A program made the position numbers and the translations under genes. DNA of 63,303 nt, filler included, from Octopus bimaculoides (taxonomy: Eukaryota): assembly GCF_001194135.2 (NCBI RefSeq). It is 5 parts of 5 records of this genome, joined end to end, with 100 filler letters (N's around TTAATTAATTAA, not from the genome) between each part and the next. Parts side by side here need not be neighbours in the genome. Positions count along the whole stretch, not along the records: positions 20,640 to 41,351 come from NC_068983.1; 4 more parts are not named here. One strand, written 5' to 3'. The first letter of the stretch is position 1, and every line of letters begins with the position of its first letter. The notes under the pieces are model-generated. The model did not search any database. It was given only the letters and a program-made list of their open reading frames with translations, and was not told the DNA's origin. Shown one piece after another: positions 29,331-40,614 of the stretch.

Positions 29331-29722
29331 GTTTAGTATCTGTTATGTATTCGATTTCACGCTTGTTGAACATTCAGTATTTGGTTACTGCTATTTAATG
29401 GCCAAATTGTATTTCTAACGGCCAGAGTGACAAGGGAGTATCTATGCAAGTCGGATGAAACAAATACTATACAATATTCAAACCCCAAAGAATTCCTCTC
29501 AACACATGGCTATGATGTTCTGTTCCCCCACTACTTCTGCTCGTGATCAGAGATGCACATATTGTCAGCCACTAAGGGACATGCTCAACTGGTTAAGGTC
29601 AAACAACTGACAAGCAAATCTGTGATATTGAGCAGAATATTTGCTGTAGCCAATCATTTATACCAAAACAAAACAATGTACGTGATGACACTTCCAATCA
29701 GTTAAGATGAGAAACTTTGAGA

Positions 29723-29791
<69 letters not shown>

Positions 29792-29798
29792 TTTATTA

Positions 29799-30008
29799 AG
29801 GCGGTGAGCTGGCAGAATTGTTAGCACGCTGGACGAAATGCTTAGCGGTATTTCGCCCGTTGTTACGTTCTGAGTTAAAATTCTGCCGAGGTCGACTTTA
29901 CCTTTCATCTTTTCGGGGTCGATAAATTAAGTACCAGTTGAGTACTGGGGTCGATTTAATTGGCTAGTCCCCTCCCCACAAATTTCAGGCCTTGTGCTTT
30001 CAGTAGAA
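29799..30008 (+). mobile_element. CORE-type tRNA SINE (resembles octopus OR2 type)
   Basis: ggcggtgagctggcagaa head and CORE-like gaggtcgactttacctttcatcttttcggggtcgataaattaagtacc. Other copies at about 301-430, 20838-21055, 33419-33635, 40630-40825, 35990-36075(-), 18380-18480(-) and 61430-61760(-). Confidence 0.85.
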
Positions 30009-30011
30009 TGG

Positions 30012-30065
<54 letters not shown>

Positions 30066-30182
30066 GTTATTATTATTATTATTATTTTAAGAGGGTGGGC
30101 TGGCGAAATTGTTAGCACGCCAAGCAAAATGCTGCTTAGCGTATATTGTATGCGAGTTGCAAAAATTTTAGCTGTCGTTTCA

Positions 30183-30229
<47 letters not shown>

Positions 30230-30378
30230 CGTGTGCGTGCGTGTATGTGTGTGTCTGTGTGTGAATGTGTGCATAATAGTTAAAAGCGTAAGTTTGAATA
30301 TGGTAATAGAATGATATGAGGAGTTGATGGTGCATACATAACATTGCTTTACTTGTTTCTATTTTATTCTATTTTCAG

Positions 30379-30475
30379 CTTGCAGGGGAATGCCCATTTC
30401 TGTTCAATTGTAATGTGAGAAGGACTGTAAAACTCACTTTATCCAGTACATGTCCAACATGCCATAGATCATTAA
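30379..30475 (+). CDS. Coding exon (phase 0-1), LAGECPFLFNCNVRRTVKLTLSSTCPTCHRSL; contains the first CxxC of the RH domain
   Basis: Acceptor ttctattttcAG and donor A|GTAAGT. CPTC sits at the expected distance upstream of the CxYxGxYYC motif in the next exon. Confidence 0.85.
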
Positions 30476-30744
30476 GTAAGTACAAAATTATTAGAAAAAG
30501 GCAACACAAATAAGCAAATAATGGAAAAGAACGTGTATTTAATACTGATGATAAGAACAGGTTTTTAACATATTGCGTCTATAAAGGAATCTTTCTCCCG
30601 ATGACCAGTACACCTGCTGACTTTTTAACGCTGTAAAGTATGTCATATGAATAAAGACTTTATTCGGATACTGCTGCAATTGAATGGTCTATTCAAATTA
30701 GCGGTTGCTTGATTGCGTCTCGGCTTCTGTTCGCTGCTTCTATA

Positions 30745-31675
30745 CGAGTTGAAATCAAAGAATTGCTGGACTAGTTATGTTTAATACCGAATAACCTAAC
30801 CTAAGTTTTAACATAATCTCCTTCGAAATAGTCACTTTGTGCGGCAATACACCGGTCCCAATGGATTTCGACAACGGTGTTAAAACGGCGACCTTTGAGC
30901 TGCATTTTCATCTTGGGGAAGAGATGAAATTCCACAGGTACTAAATCTATCGAATAGGTCGGGTGTGGAAATGATACCATGTTGTTTTGAGCGAGAAACA
31001 CCCACGAGTGAGGAGAGCTTGGTGACAAGGTGCATTGTAATCGTGAGGCATTATCATTGCTTGAACGGACCCATACAACAGACCAACAACACAGCAATGT
31101 TGTAGTTTGTCCTTCGACGATCCTCATGCGCAAGCTGATAAATTTTCTCTGCATTTCCGGGGGTGACGCTCGTGGCACATCTTCAAGATCTCTCATCGTC
31201 TTCCAAGGACGTTCTTCCGCTTTTGAAACGTTTGTATCATTAGAAACGTTGCATACGACCCATTGCTTCGTCGTCATGAGCATGCTTAATGTCTCTGGCG
31301 ACAAGAAACGTTGCGAACGACACATTGCTTCGTCGCCACGAGCATGCTTAATGTCTCTGGCGACAAGAAACGTTGCGAACGACCCATTGCTTCGTCGCCA
31401 CGAGCATGCTTAATGTCTCTGTTGCAGACTTCCCAATTCTATGGCAAAATTTCACGTTGGTTCTTTGTTCCAACTTCCTGCCCATAAAAGAAATCGCAGG
31501 TTACAGCATACACCTGATCCCTAAAACACATATTCCACAACTTGTGAAGTAAACACAGCGATGTCACTCGGCACACTGCCGCATGGATGTTACCGCTAGC
31601 TCTCACTGCGTACACAACCGTGTGCTGCCATCTGTTGGCGCGCTACTAGCCCTGGAACTTTGTGATACCACCTCG
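30745..31675 (-). mobile_element. Mariner (DD34D) deletion derivative
   Basis: ORF 30801..31325 ends HPTYSIDLVPVEFHLFPKMKMQLKGRRF...WDRCIAAQSDYFEGD. Imperfect TIRs of about 30 bp with TA flanks at 30743-44 and 31676-77. Confidence 0.88.
31242..31421. repeat. 62-bp tandem repeat (about 2.9 copies) inside the mariner derivative
   Basis: Unit agaaacgttgcgaacgacacattgcttcgtcgccacgagcatgcttaatgtctctggcgaca. Confidence 0.9.
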
Positions 31676-31974
31676 TATACTTTAGACTGGCCAAGGTACC
31701 TTAGTGTCGGAAATGACTTGAGAACTTGGCAGTGACAAGGTGCAGAACAGCGAAATGCTCATAAGTCACTTTCGTGGTCACTTTCGGGATGATTTCGTTT
31801 TCTTTTGCTCCGAAGTATATTGTGTTTTTAACACACTGCGTCTATAAAGCTATATTCCAACCAAACAACCACTTCAGCCTCTGACTTTACCACAATATAC
31901 AAACGGAAAGTATGTCAGTATATCATATAAAAACTTAATCCGTACCATTTCACATTCAATATCGGAATAATTCC

Positions 31975-32176
31975 TTAAGGCGGTGAACTGACACAAAAGT
32001 TAGCACGCCGGGCAAAATGTTTAGCGGTATTTCGTCTATCTTTAAGTTCTGAGTTCAAATTCCACCGAGGTCGAATTTAACTTTCATCCTTTCGGGTACC
32101 ATTTGCGTACTGAGGTCAATCTAATCGACTGGTCCCCTCCCCCAAAATTTCGGGCCTTGTGCCTAGAGTAGAAAAG
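31975..32176 (+). mobile_element. CORE-type SINE copy with a candidate 17-bp TSD
   Basis: Flanks aatatcggaataattcc (31958-74) and aatatcaaaataattcc (32177-93) differ at 2 positions. Confidence 0.82.
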
Positions 32177-32541
32177 AATATCAAAATAATTCCATTCAAT
32201 TTGGAATAATTCCACTCATATTACATACTATATAGTATGTAATATGTTTTTGGAAATAAATAATAAATAAATAAACTTAGTGAATAAATTGACTGTGAAT
32301 GGAACGATATAACGCAAAAATCAGTTTATTATTAGTTGTACAGAAATGATTAAATCAAAAACACTCTATTTTTTATTCTCGTTTTGAATGGAATCATTCT
32401 TGTTTTGGATGGAATTATTCCATTTTGAAAGGAACTATTCTATTTTNNNNNNNNNNNNNNNNNNNNNNNNNNNNNNNNNNNNNNNNNNNNNNNNNNNNNN
32501 NNNNNNNNNNNNNNNNNNNNNNNNNNNNNNNNNNNNNNNNN

Positions 32542-32573
<32 letters not shown>

Positions 32574-33157
32574 ATACACAAAGGATAAGAGGAATTTTCA
32601 TTCCGAATGCTCAAATAGGTGTGCCACTAAAATTCAAATTTGAACAGCAGTTAAATTTGTGGTATGTGACTGTCTTGTTCAAAGCGGCTAGAAGTACCTT
32701 CCCCTTGAATCAGCAGGTATAGGTTAAAGTAGTGAAGAAATGCAAAAAATTAAGCAAGACATTTAATTTAATTCAATTTAGCTACATAACAAATGGTAAT
32801 AGCTGCAGCCATTGCATAATTTGGCTTTTATTCAACTTAGCAGCCGTTTTGTTGTTCTCATTCGTTACAATTTTTTTTAAAACCGTTTTTTACTATTCGA
32901 AGTAATAAGTAAGTATGAAGTCTGTTGAGCGTCTAATCTAATTTCTTTTCCTGGACGATGCTACTTTCCTTCTTTCACGTCGTTAATGTCCTTGTAAAAA
33001 AAAGCCTTTCACATAATTTCCTTCACCTGCTCATAATTCTGGGACCTTGAGTATAAAGAAGAAATTAATCAACCAACTAACTAACCAGTTGTTTAATCAA
33101 TTATTAAACAGTTATAAATGTGTAAGCATTGGAATTTTTTAAATTGAATAGTTGCAG

Positions 33158-33286
33158 ATTTTAATCCCCGAATGCCGCGCAAGTGTAGTTACGATGGACT
33201 GTACTACTGTGATAAACACCATGTGGATGACATTTTCTATATTCCTGCTGAAATGGTTTTTAATTGGAAGTTTGATATGTTTAAAG
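33158..33286 (+). CDS. Coding exon (phase 1-1), NFNPRMPRKCSYDGLYYCDKHHVDDIFYIPAEMVFNWKFDMFK; RH-domain signature
   Basis: Acceptor ttgcAG and donor AAAG|GTAAGA. Matches the RH consensus CxYxGxYYCxxCH...IPAR(I/V)xxNWDF. Confidence 0.92.
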
Positions 33287-33322
33287 GTAAGAATGAACTC
33301 ATTATACTGACTGATTTTCTTT

Positions 33323-33399
<77 letters not shown>

Positions 33400-33415
33400 C
33401 ATCATCATCATTATC
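33323..33415. repeat. (CAT)n microsatellite just after an RH exon donor
   Basis: Direct reading. Similar tracts: (TAT)n 214-300, (CTAT)n 3677-3836, (GAT)n 12969-13043, (TTA)n 29723-29790, 30013-30085, 34052-34178 and 62668-62755, (GAA)n 55249-55340, (CA)n 55960-56040. Confidence 0.95.
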
Positions 33416-34050
33416 ACCAAGGCAGTGAACTTGCAGACTCATTCGCGTACTGGGCAAGATGCTTCGCGGCTTTTCGTCCGACCTTTTGTTCTGAATTCAA
33501 ATGATGCCGAGGTCGACGTTGCCTTTCATCTTTTCGGGGTTGATAAAATAAGTACCAGTTGAATAGAATAGTAGGGCCGATATAATCGACTTACTTCTTC
33601 ACCAAAAACTTGTGCCAAAATTTGAAACCATTCTTATTAATATTATTATTTTATGTTTGACTTTTGTTTTGCATTTGTACAAGTTGGATCCAAGTCTCAC
33701 CCAGAGACCTCAAGAGACAACAAGTTAGAAGTTCATGTAGGTGTTATGCCTAGGGTACCATATATTTGGATTTGTACAGTTTTGTTCTAGTGAATATTTA
33801 AGAAACCATAAGAAAATTATCAGTTTGCTTTAAAATTTGAGATCACATAGACAGTATTTTACGTAGGATATGGGCAGTTCCCATGAGCACTATCTTTTGA
33901 ACTTCAGCCATTTTGGGGTTTCCTGGTATCTGAGCTAGGTAGTAATCAGCCCGTTTCGCTGTCATTCCCAGGGCACCTATGACAATAGGTATTGTTTTCG
34001 TCTTCAGATTCCACATNNNNNNNNNNNNNNNNNNNCTTTATATTTGCTCA

Positions 34051-34097
<47 letters not shown>

Positions 34098-34100
34098 TAC

Positions 34101-34157
<57 letters not shown>

Positions 34158-34339
34158 TATTATTATTATTATTATTATTCGAAAAAAGAAGGGAGATGGA
34201 TTAGCGGATTCGAGGAAGCATCTTGTAAGATGCTCTTCATATCCGATTTTCACTCTTATAAAGTCAATGAAATAGGGTCTAGTAGATTACTATGACGAAC
34301 AAATCGACTTAATGTTCTCTCGAAATATGTTGCCTAGAG

Positions 34340-34636
34340 CAGGGGTTTTCAAACTGTGGTCTACGGACCACAGGGGGTCCGCAAGGACAAGACAAGGAGT
34401 CCGTGGACAGCAAACACTTTTTATGGGCAATTTGATTTTATATATGTTTTTGAATCGAAATCTTTTGATTGACAATAAACCTATTTGTTAAATACTGTTA
34501 AATAAATAAATGTAAAAATATATGTTATTTTAAGCAAATATTTATGTATAAATTTCATAAGCGTTTATAAGGGGGTCCCTAAGGTAAAGCCTGAAATATA
34601 AAGGGGTCCGCAAGTCAAAAAGTTTGAAAACCCCTG
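34340..34636. mobile_element. hAT (Charlie-like) MITE
   Basis: Perfect 16-bp TIRs caggggttttcaaact / agtttgaaaacccctg and a perfect 8-bp TSD gcctagag (34332-39 and 34637-44). Confidence 0.92.
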
Positions 34637-34960
34637 GCCTAGAGCACAGATATTGTTAATTCCCAAAAAATTTTCCAAACTTTGGGCTCGATGCAATACA
34701 GCTTGAAGTTACCTAGGCTGATAACTATAGAATTTTTCTACAGGGAATATCATTTCAGAAGATTCCATTCTAGGCAGTACTGAGTAAGTTTTTAAAGTGG
34801 GATTTACGGAATGAAACAAAGCAATGACGACAAGAGGAAGAGAGACGGATGCAGTCGATTCTTGGGTGGAAGTAGTTCAAAGTTTGCTTCTGAGAGGTAC
34901 AGAGGTAACTGTTGTAAAAACAGAATAGGAGTGAAGAAGCAGCAGCGTCTGTGGCGTATA

Positions 34961-35048
34961 CGTTTCTTGTGGATATACCCGTTTCTTGTGGATATACCCG
35001 GTTCTTGTGGATATACTCGTTTCTTGTGGATATACCCGTTTCTTGTGC
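34961..35048. repeat. 19-bp minisatellite (about 4.5 copies)
   Basis: Unit cgtttcttgtggatatacc. Confidence 0.9.
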
Positions 35049-36373
35049 CTATACTACAAAAATTGTTTCGTGCGCAACAGCAACACTATCTTACTATAGT
35101 AAACAGTTTATTTATTGATTTCTCTCACAGGTTTGATGCCCATCCTTATAATAATAAATAATAAATAAATGCGCCCTTTTAAATCCTAGCCAGGCTCATG
35201 GGTCCGGTTTCCGGTTTCAATGGCGTATATGTTCCCCAGCCAGTCCATTGCAGTGTTACTCATTTTTGCCACCTGAGTGGACTGGAGCAACGTGAAATGA
35301 AGTGCTTTGCTCAAGAACACAACGCGTTGCCTGGTCCAGGAATCGAAACCACAATCTTACGATCATGATGTTGACACCCTAACCACTAAGCCACGCGCCT
35401 CCACACATCCTTATATTGGTACCCTCAAAATACAGCAGTTTCTGAGCTTCTTTTATATAAGTACGTAAGCCCAGTCAGATCACCTGAAAGTGTAGCTTTT
35501 TGTATCAGAAATGGAGGATGTTTCAACCCGTAGTAATAATTTCTCTCACTTTACACAGTATAATTACAACCCATGGATGAGTATCCATCGATATGCTGTA
35601 TCATCCCGTTGTCTGTATTGATACAGTAACGTTTCCTGATATGAGTTTTCTCAATTATTTAGTTGTGCTGTTCTCTTCGTACCCCGACCTAAGCCGGATG
35701 CTGATTATTCTTTTCGTTTCGGTATATCTTCACTGATTATTTAAGGAAACGTCGCCCTAAATAATCGCTATTTCTCATTTTTATTCTCCAAATTTATATC
35801 TTACAGCTCACAACCTGCTCACATTTCTTTTATTTACATCAAACTTCAAAAATCTCTCTCAAAATATACTCTACTCGATCAGGGATGATCTGGGACTAAA
35901 CAACAATAGCATTAATTGTTTCTAACTCAAGCCCAAAGATCGAAATTTGAGGGTAGGAGATTAGTCGATAGATTTAGACCAGTGACTTTATTTTATCGAC
36001 CCCAGAGACGTAAAAGGTAAAATTGACCTCGGCAGGATATTAACTTCGAACACTGAATGGTGTAACAAAATACAGCAAGCCCAATGCATTAATGATCCTT
36101 CCAACGTACCACGTTAACAACAACGACATCAACAACGAAAACAACATCAACATTAAATGTTAACATCTCAGAGTTTATCCCTTTGATCATAGTCTGCTCA
36201 AACTGGATCGGCCTTGAGCTAAAAAAAAAAACATCAACTACTTACAATTTATTTTTCTGATTATAGATCTTATTGATTTAGGCAGGCCCAAAATTAAGCA
36301 ATGAACAACGGCAACAACAACAGCAGCAGCAGCAATAGTAGTATAGTTTATCTTGTTTTTAATTAAAATGTAG

Positions 36374-36463
36374 TGGCGCGAAATTATGGCCGCCATTAAG
36401 GAAGTACAATCTACACATGCGCAAGGGACTTGCCTTCCCGGAAGCCCCTCGAGTGCGCATGCG
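36374..36463. promoter_or_regulatory. CpG-rich cluster of E2F, YY1, NRF1-like and ETS motifs in an RH-gene intron
   Basis: TGGCGCGAAA 36374, ATGGCCGCCAT 36386, CATGCGCA 36416, CCGGAAG 36438 and TGCGCATGCG 36454. Confidence 0.45.
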
Positions 36464-36895
36464 TAGTAAAACCAGTACTTAAAGCGTTACTTTCGTTTTA
36501 TAACCCTCTTGAGCGCGATACCTTCGACGTGACAATACCTTGCTCCTCAACGAAGCACTCTTCACCACGATGCCATCGATGTGATAGCTACTTGCTCCTC
36601 TGGTATGCATCAAGGAAGCTCTTAACCTTCCAATACCGATTACAATCTAATCTGCGGCTGCTAAGCTGAATGACACAGGATTTGTAAAACCAAGCATCAT
36701 CAAAAATAAAACTTATATTTTTATTATGTTGTTAATTGTTCTACTGTTTCTTAACATATAATTTTGTTGAAAAGTGACAGAGAGAGACTAATGTTTCTAT
36801 TGCAACTATCAACCTTTTACAAAAATATATTGAATTCAACAGCTTACAAAACGTTCGTTTATTTCCATAGTTACTGTTTGTTCATTTATTTGCAG

Positions 36896-37008
36896 TGTCA
36901 CGCCAAAATTACGATTTTCTAAGGTCGTGGTTTGATCAACCGGTTATTGACTTGAGTGCACTGTGCGCACGTCTACATTACTATGTCACACCTTTGAATA
37001 ACGTCCGG
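36896..37008 (+). CDS. Coding exon (phase 1-0), VSRQNYDFLRSWFDQPVIDLSALCARLHYYVTPLNNVR; RH domain
   Basis: Acceptor ttcatttatttgcAG and donor CGG|GTAAAT. Follows the RH pattern VSxxxxxxLxxxxxxPxxxLxxxNPxLxxxVxxLxxIR. Not in the ORF track. Confidence 0.88.
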
Positions 37009-37192
37009 GTAAATATCTCGATTGCTTCTTTCTTTCAAAACGTTTTTTCATAAATACTTTATACATGCACTGGAGTTGTTGCATGTTATACTGAGATTTG
37101 GGTGTTGAAGGTCAGAGTATTTGCAGAGGCTGGAGACAAATGATGCAAGCATCAATGAACTTCAAGAGAAAAAGGAGCTGAGAGATAAAATA

Positions 37193-37420
37193 TTGGGTTG
37201 TCCGGAAAGTTCGTGCCGATTTTTAAAGGAAAGAAAAAGGCCAATAAATACTTGCCCTTATATTTTTAATCAACCAAATATGAATCATTTTGTTGCACAA
37301 TGCGTCTCCATCTTTCCTTTAACTTGAAAATACCCTCTTCCCAGAATTAAGGTGGTTTCATGGCAAATAAGTCGAAAGGTAAGCTACTATAAATTGGCAC
37401 GAACTTTCCAGACAACTCAA
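37193..37420. mobile_element. Mariner-type MITE
   Basis: TIRs ttgggttgtccggaaagttcgtgccgattt / aaattggcacgaactttccagacaactcaa, with TA on both flanks. Confidence 0.85.
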
Positions 37421-37800
37421 TAGAAATAAGAAGAATCAGTTACATGTCGAGAGCAATAAAAAACAAAAACAAAAACAAACCCTGCGTTGGTATCATCGGG
37501 TGAGATGTATGGACGATAACAAATGGATAAAGTGCCGGGGTATCCGAGTGAAATAAAACTGTGGAAGAGAAAGACCAAGAAACGTATGGGAAGAAGTAGC
37601 GAAAGCTAATATCAGAATGTTGCAATCTACAAAAGGCATAGCAAAAGAACACATACAAAACGAAAAAAAAGAAGAAAAAAAAAGGGGGTGCAATACTCTC
37701 ATGGAAAGGATCCGTCCAACCTATGCAACTATGGAAAAGCGGGCTTGAAAATAATGTTGCTGCCGATAATGATGATGATGATGATGATTTCATTAAACAC

Positions 37801-37893
37801 GTCATTCTTATATGACATATCGGCCATTATTCTTATATGACATATCAGCCATTATTCTTATATGACATAGACCGTCATTTTTATATGACATAT
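37801..37893. repeat. Minisatellite of about 25 bp (about 4 copies)
   Basis: Recurrent attcttatatgacatat-cggcc. Confidence 0.85.
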
Positions 37894-37944
37894 CGAATAA
37901 ACATCTACTCTCTCACATCTATTATTTTATGTGTTCTGTCTGTC

Positions 37945-37989
<45 letters not shown>

Positions 37990-38433
37990 TAACCGAACGA
38001 GCAAGGATGTTAAAGGACTCCATCGACCCAGGGAACTTCCTTAATTCCAGAATGGAAGTCTTCGGGTCCTGTTTGCACTTCGGGAAGTTCCTGCTGGCGT
38101 CCTGGGACTCACACTATAACAGAGTCGATCACGAATAACAACCAAAGAGGGACAATACGCTGTCGTTGACAGAGTAACGAAGTCTTTTCCACCTCCATTT
38201 TTAGAGAGGCCACTTGCTACAGAGGTCATGGGTCAACAGGTTTTGAGGATTGAAGATAGAGTCATTGCGCCAATATTGATAAAACACACATTTACATAAT
38301 CTTGCACACCAAATATATGCATGCATACATGCATGTATTCATACATGAGTGTTTTAATTCATTTCGAAGTTTCTGTTTTTATATATTCTACTACAGTAAA
38401 CGAGCAGGATTTTATCAATTTGTATTTTGGTAG

Positions 38434-38562
38434 GATCAGCGACAATATCTGAACTATCTACATGGAATTCTAAATACATGTTATTCTACTGAAGTGAAAG
38501 AACTCCTGACTGACTGGCCATGTAGCTACATATATGAGGAAGAAGACCTGTATTCAATGCAT
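38434..38562 (+). CDS. Coding exon (phase 0-0), DQRQYLNYLHGILNTCYSTEVKELLTDWPCSYIYEEEDLYSMH; RH domain
   Basis: Acceptor ttgtattttggtAG and donor CAT|GTAAAT. Matches the RH segment xLRxxLxxxxxYxxTC...xxxxDxYS. Not in the ORF track. Confidence 0.88.
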
Positions 38563-40037
38563 GTAAATATACTCTTTTTTTTGTTGTTGTTTATTCTAGA
38601 ATGTAAAAGTTTTGTATTCTTTCTCTATATGTCTTAGTCCTTTGTCTGCTGGCGTCAAAGTTGGATAACTGCTATGCTGATGACGCCTACTGAAGCAGAA
38701 ATACGTGAACGTGGCTGTCTTCTTTCTAGACAAGCAGTCTGACCTTTCCTAAATGACACACCGTCTCCGGAGAGTTATTGATTTTTGAGACCCTATCCTT
38801 TTCTCATTCAAAACTCATCACGATTGCTATCAGGCATTTATTTTACCTCCCCTGGCAGTGAAGTTAATTCCAAGAAAGCAACGATTTATCATGTACAGTA
38901 TTTAATGTACCTTATTTATCTTGGTTATTGAATTTCATACCAGTGGCCGCTCTTACCTACTTTTCTTAGCTCATTTTGTTTATGTGTATTGTTGACATCA
39001 TACGAATTTATAAACTTTTGATAGAACGTGAAATAATTCTTCTTTTGGAAGAGTGTATCCCGAAGCACATAAAGCAATTAATAGTAGGTTGTGGAGATGC
39101 AGGTTCATGTCTCACGACCAGCTTGCGAGATTTTCTATCCAAAAAGGGCTTTTCAACCTTGTATTATTTATAGCTCTATGTCCATCGGGATCCACTGGTC
39201 TAAAAAACAAAAAGATTATACATACATACATACAGACAGACAGATAGACACACACACACATACACACACGCACATACACACATATACACACGCGAAGGTG
39301 TGCTAAAATGTTCCTGATTTTGGGTAAAAGAAAATACAGGTGAATCATTTTAAGATTTTATTTAACACATTTCCCTCTGAGATTCACATACTTTTTGCAA
39401 TGGCCCTTCAGTTTTTCTAATCCCTATAGAAGAACTCGAAAGATTGGGCCTCCAGCCAGGCCTTTTGCGACACCCTTAAAGCCAATAACTATTCGGCATC
39501 CCCTCGTGGGTGTATGTATGTATTATTGATTTGACTTAATTTTCACCTTCAACAAATATTCAGCTGTTGAATTAAAAGTGAGACTTCAAGTCTCAATCAT
39601 ATCTAAATTATCACCGAATTTTATTTTATTAAATGCATAAAGTAGCGCCACCAGTTAATGCTTATATTTTATTTTCTATGAATTGATTAACAATACCAAA
39701 CAATGTATGTAAATATGAAGCAGTTTCAGCGATCTGAATGTGAATTTATTTTTGTTATTCGATTTAGAATATCAATTTTTAATCGAATTTCAATTTCAAA
39801 ATTTGCTAGTCTGCTCTCTTTAAGTTCAAATTATGAAAGCTCAATTTCTTTTTTAATGCAGACACAGAAACAGAAAGACGCATATCCCTACACACGCACA
39901 CATATATGATTATGTAATGTTCTCTGCATACACAAATATTCAAGACAACACAAACATACGAGCGCTTGAGCACAGAAACAAATACAAAATTCTTTGTTAT
40001 CTTTTTATCCAGTAATAATATTATTGCAATATTTCAG

Positions 40038-40205
40038 GATCTGGTTAAGGTCAACTCTGGAGAAATGGGGGCCTACCTAGACGTCTGGATTACTAAATCA
40101 AGCAAACATATCAAAAAATGCAATATGTGTAAACGTGAAGCTATTGCCTGCAAGATCTGTCACTCTGAACCTGTTCTGCTAACGTATGATAAAAACGCAG
40201 CTGTG
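40038..40205 (+). CDS. Coding exon (phase 0-0), DLVKVNSGEMGAYLDVWITKSSKHIKKCNMCKREAIACKICHSEPVLLTYDKNAAV; RH domain
   Basis: Acceptor atatttcAG and donor GTG|GTGAGT. Contains the DL..V..G and KHIxxCxxC...CxxC zinc-binding motifs of RH domains. Confidence 0.9.
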
Positions 40206-40243
40206 GTGAGTTATTAGTTCCTTCCTATATACTGTTATCTGAG

Positions 40244-40614
40244 TGGAGGCGCAATGGCCCAGTAGTTAGGGCAGCGGACTCGCGGTCATAGGATCGCGGT
40301 TTCGATTCCCGGACCGGGCGTTGTGAGTGTTTATTGAGCGAAAACACCTAAAGCTCCACGAGGCTCCGGCAGGGAATGGTGGCGAACCCTGCTGTACTCT
40401 TTCACCACAACTTTCTCTCACTCTTACTTCCTGTTTCTGTTGTGCCTGTAATTCAAAGTGCCAGCCTCGTCACGGTGAATATCCCTGAGAACTACGTTAA
40501 GGGTACACGTGTCTGTGGAGTGCTCAGCCACTTGCACGTTAAGTTGACCAGCAGGCTGTTCCGTTGATCGGATCAACTGGAACCCTCGACGTCGTAAGCG
40601 ACGGAGTGCCAACA
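40244..40614 (+). mobile_element. tRNA-derived SINE (about 370 bp, resembles octopus OR1 type)
   Basis: tRNA-like head with A/B boxes (tggcccagtagttagg...ggtttcgattccc) and a perfect 13-bp TSD actgttatctgag. A homologous copy lies at 52031..52398. Confidence 0.9.

Noticed and set aside
33287-33504. Poly-His tail in ORF 33172..33504
   Set aside because: Read-through of a strong GTAAGA donor into a (CAT)n microsatellite. The RH domain continues in phase at 36896.
34961-35048. CRISPR-like or otherwise functional array from short tandem repeats
   Set aside because: The units are contiguous with no unique spacers. These are ordinary minisatellites in a eukaryotic genome.
40244-40320. tRNA gene at SINE heads (also 52031, 62012 and others)
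   Set aside because: The tRNA-like A/B boxes continue directly into multi-copy SINE bodies, one with a TSD, and no complete cloverleaf is evident.
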